A stretch of DNA of 64,000 bases, from assembly GCA_905178155.1 (NCBI GenBank), contig CAJINV010000013.1, forward strand, positions 1,063,790-1,127,789. The letters run 5' to 3'. Positions 60,327 through 64,000 of this stretch are shown piece by piece; within the stretch, counting starts at the first letter, position 1, and each line of letters starts with the position of its first letter. Below the pieces are notes generated by a model, which searched no databases, was not told the origin of the DNA, and was given only the letters and a program-made list of their open reading frames with translations. Both the position numbers and the translations under genes were made by a program. The DNA is from Amoebophrya sp. A120 (lineage: Eukaryota; Protista; Dinoflagellata).

Positions 60327-63292
60327 TCACATTCCTGGCGGGCGTCCGCGACTGCGGGACCCCGCCCTCGCCCGCTGCGTCTGCACAATGCGTTCAGTAT
60401 CACGTCCTGCATTATCATTTGCAGCTTGCCACGTATGTCGCCCAGGGGTCAATACTCCGCCAAGACCGTCGTGATAAGGAGACCGCTGACTCAACTGCTG
60501 AGCCAACCGCTCATCTTTCAACTGCTGTGTCTCGGGGCTGTCCTCGAAAAATCCTCTTGCGGCTCGTTGGGTATAAGTAGCCACACTGGAAATTGCGCGG
60601 ACGGTGCTGCTCAAGGGGCTGCTGAAGGAACGCCTTATTAAGCTGCTGCTGGGTGACGACGATCCAGTCGTCGTCGACGAATTGTCTTCCCAGCAGGCAG
60701 GGCCGGCTTGACCGCGTGCGAGGGCACGGACCGTGTTGTCGTTGCGCGGCTGCATTTCCAGAAGCGACGACTCGACATTGCCCAGAGTGCCGGATGCATC
60801 ACCCGCACCCCTTCCACCCGAAGTCACGACGTGTAGAAATTCCTCCTGCGAAATACCCTCGCCCTGCAAGCTCTCCGCACTCGTCCCGGACCCACTCCCC
60901 GCCACAGTCCGCACGACAGACGGGCACTCGTCATACTCCAGCACGGAGTTGTGATTTTTGTCGGCCACAACGAATTCCACGAGGCGCGGGTCGGAGATGC
61001 GAGCCAACTTCTCGCCGATAGCCGGGTCGCCGTACACGGCTGCCTCGTTGTGTAACATTTGCTCAAACGGCTTGACGGCTTTGGCTGCCACCTTCACGCG
61101 CCACGCGGCTTTGCGAACACTGTGGTCGAGCATGGTGCGAAAGGCGGCATCCAGCTGCGGTGCCGGTTGCGCGTCCAAGTGGGCCAGCGTGGCGGCTTGG
61201 AAGTTCGCGACGTCGGCTGCGGCATGTTCGGCGTCTTCCAAGACAAGAATTGCCTGCGTGTGCGCCGACACCATCAACTGGAGGCGTGTGATCCGGGTGG
61301 CGTCGGTTTCGTGAAAAAGATCGCTGGAAGCGCCGAAACCCGTGGAAAGCTGTAGTTTGGAATTATTTTGCTTTAGATTTACTTTAGTTATCGCATGTCC
61401 CGCTTCGATCTTTCTTTCTTATTCTAGTTTTTAAGTACCTGCAACTGGAGACCTTGACGCAGCACAAGCACCTACTTATCATCCATGTGATCCTCTTCGA
61501 AAACTGCACTGTAAAGTGGTTGCAGCATTATAGTTGTACCTGCAACCAATCAAGGGCCGGGTAGTTCATCTTGCTTGGATTGTCTTTCCCCTCCGCCACT
61601 CCAGCACCAAGTTTGGAAGTCGCCGGGCCCCCCTGGTTCTTGTCGGACGAGGACCCTTTCTTCTTCGACGCATTTTTCCGCAGGCGCCGCGGCCGGGTAG
61701 GAGAAGAAGTACTGCTCGCAGCCAGGTTCTTCGAAGAAGATGCGTTTTCATCCTCATGCTGGGAAATGGGCATCGCTTGAGCCGCAGCAGACAATGCGAG
61801 AGCCTCCGATGGTTTTTCGGCCCAAGAACTGCTCTTCTGCCCGGCGAGCAGCGGGTGGTCCATTCCCGCTGCGTCGGAAGATGCTGCGCCAGGATTCGCA
61901 TCTTCATCAAGCCTCGCCTTGTCCGAGAACACGGATTGCTTGTCGTCGTTGCTTTCCGCAAAAATCGGGTTCGAGTTTTTTCCGTTGGTGCTGGACAGGT
62001 CCACCACCGGACCGCTCTGTTGGTCCGCGTCGACGTACGAGCGTTGGCCTTTTTCCAGCCAAACCGCAGAAGAAACTTCGACTTCCGCGCCGCTGGCATC
62101 TTGCACGCCCTGCGCGATCTGGTCCGGGAGTTCGTGGAACGGGTGGTGGAGCTTCCCGTTCTTTGTCGGCTCCATTTGTACGTGCGCTGGCAGTGGCAGT
62201 GCCGGGCTGGAAGCTGCGAGCTGATCAAGCACACCCGCGGGTTGTTGCTCGGAAAGAACACCGGCAGTTGCACTGTGATCATCTGACCCAGCAGGAGACG
62301 GAGAAACAAGTGGCTGGCCGAGTTGTCCGTTCCCGTTTTCCAGAGGAGGAGACGGCTGGACTTCCACGAAGGAACTAGGCGCTGGAACAACTTGTGATGA
62401 TCGTGTTCGTGTGCCGGTGGGAAATAATCTCCAGCTTCGGCTCGTCGGTGATGTGCCCTGGGAGCCCGGCGTGCCGACAGTTTCATCGGTTGCGCTTGCT
62501 TGGGCTTGTGCCTGACCTGCTTCCTCTCTCTGTAGTTGTCGCTGTAGTCTTCTCGTCTCCCTGAGCGCCTGCATTTCTTGCGCCAATGTGGCCTGCCTTT
62601 CGATGCTGCGCGACTCGGCGCTTTGCACGATGAAAGGCCTCGCGCGAGGAAATGGATTCCAGGAGCTGCCCGAACTGCCGGTGCTGGAAGAGGTGCTACT
62701 GGGGCTCCTTCTGAAAAAACCAGAGCCAGACGACGTCCGCGAAAGGGGGGAAGATTCATCTCCGCGTTCGGCATGCTTGTCGATCCAACTGCTCTTCTGC
62801 TCGGTGGTACCCAGCTGGTCAACACCCGCTGCCTCGGATGCAGATTCTTGATCATGGAAATGCGCGTTTTTCGAGGTCGACCTCGTCCGAAAAAACGGAC
62901 TGCTCATCGTCGTCCTCGTGTTCATGCGAAATGAGAGCAGAAGAGCCTCGTCCTCCGGGAGAAGAGGTGTCCTCGGCGGTCGACATCGCCGGAGAGGGCA
63001 GGACGGCAATCAGGAATTTCTCTTCCCCCGCGGCGGCACTTGTTTGTAGTTCTGCGTCCACGGTCTCCTTGTTCGTCGTCGTCGACGTCGCTTTCGAGAC
63101 CCGGAGGTTTTTCTTTTGCTTCAAAACCTGTTCGGCGAGGACCAATGTCTTCATCTCCTGTGGCGACAGTTGGCAGGGCACAAGGTAGTAGAACACCGAA
63201 ATCGCGACGAGCAGAGGGGCGATTTGGACCCGCATTTCGTTTTTCCTGCTCCGGATCGATGACATTCTGGCGGTGGTCGGATTGATACGCAA
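60327..63292 (-). CDS. Probable secreted protein with a C-terminal EF-hand-like pair; apparent +1 frameshift near 62870
   Basis: Hydrophobic N-terminus (IAPLLVAISVFYYLVPC); GT-AG intron 61350..61539 (TTGCAG|GTAC ... TACAG|CTT); EF-like loops ADKNHNSVLEYDE and EGISQEEF. Confidence 0.6.
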
Positions 63293-63857
63293 CGCCGTTA
63301 CTAGGTAGCAGTTGGATTTATTTATAACTCGTATTTATTTCAAGATGTTTCTGAGTACGAAACAAAAGTCCTCGGTTGGTCACCTTCGTACTTTTCCTTC
63401 TTTGTTTTTTACGTCGTTGCGAATTCTTGCGAGGAATTCACAAACCCGAAAAAAAGTTGCAGCTAGAATTGGAAAGAATTGGAGTAGAATCGAAAGACTA
63501 TTATAGCTGCATCAGGATCAACACACAACATCGAGGGAAATAAGAGCATCAAATCAGTAGTTGCACCACGATTTCGATCACGACGTGAGGTAGACGTTCA
63601 TCTTCATGACAATAATCTATCACGGTCGACGACCCCAACGACAGCAACGAATCAATCACGACCACAGAAGATTTGCGACTTCGACGAGGAGGTAGATGGC
63701 CTCGTTTAGTTCACGATGGTATCAATCAGCCATATTTATATCACGCTATAACTCCTATTGCTGAGCTGCGCAAGTTAAAATTTTGCGACGGGAAAGAAAA
63801 CCGCCCACGTCGAAATTTTTTTTGTAATTTCCAAACTTTCACAAGCTTCTGGGAGTT

Positions 63858-64000
63858 CGCCCATCGCCCAATGTCCATCGCCCAGTCGCCCACTGTCCGC
63901 CGTCCAATGTCCATCGCGCAATGCCCATCGCACAACTCCCATCGCCCAAACGGGAAACGTACGGCCAACGGGAAACGGCCAACGGGAAACGGCCAACGGG
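63858..64000. repeat. Short tandem repeats (CCATCGCCCA variants, then AACGGGAAACGGCC) running off the window end
   Basis: Directly visible repeated units; truncated by the window edge. Confidence 0.75.

Noticed and set aside
1-64000. Autonomous transposase for the TIR elements; rRNA, tRNA or spliced-leader genes
   Set aside because: None was recognisable in this window.

Overview
Eukaryotic, gene-dense window in which every credible gene (about 12) lies on the minus strand. Co-oriented genes, proteins inflated by low-complexity sequence, and introns made of inverted-repeat elements resemble the parasitic dinoflagellate Amoebophrya (Syndiniales); this identification is an inference. Recognisable genes are a LanC-like (LANCL) protein, a ~4100-aa disordered protein, a cis-prenyltransferase, a multi-pass membrane protein, a DUF3431-like protein, a GH8 glycoside hydrolase with a Cys-rich CBM1-like module, a voltage-gated proton channel (Hv1) and a probable secreted EF-hand protein. 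The main signal is about 20 miniature elements (mostly 190-365 bp, one 725 bp) from at least 7 terminal-inverted-repeat (TIR) families. Most run TAT...ATA, are flanked by 5-bp direct repeats (TSD) and sit inside coding sequence. Removing the element plus one 5-bp repeat restores the reading frame, often through conserved motifs. The junction examined in full has no GT-AG option, and copies occur in both orientations. They therefore behave as transposon-derived non-canonical introns (introners), or possibly DNA-excised elements. Ordinary GT-AG and GC-AG introns occur in the same genes. A head-to-tail Helitron/Helentron-like element with internal minisatellites lies at 37.0-38.6 kb. All gene models were built by eye and are unverified by transcripts.
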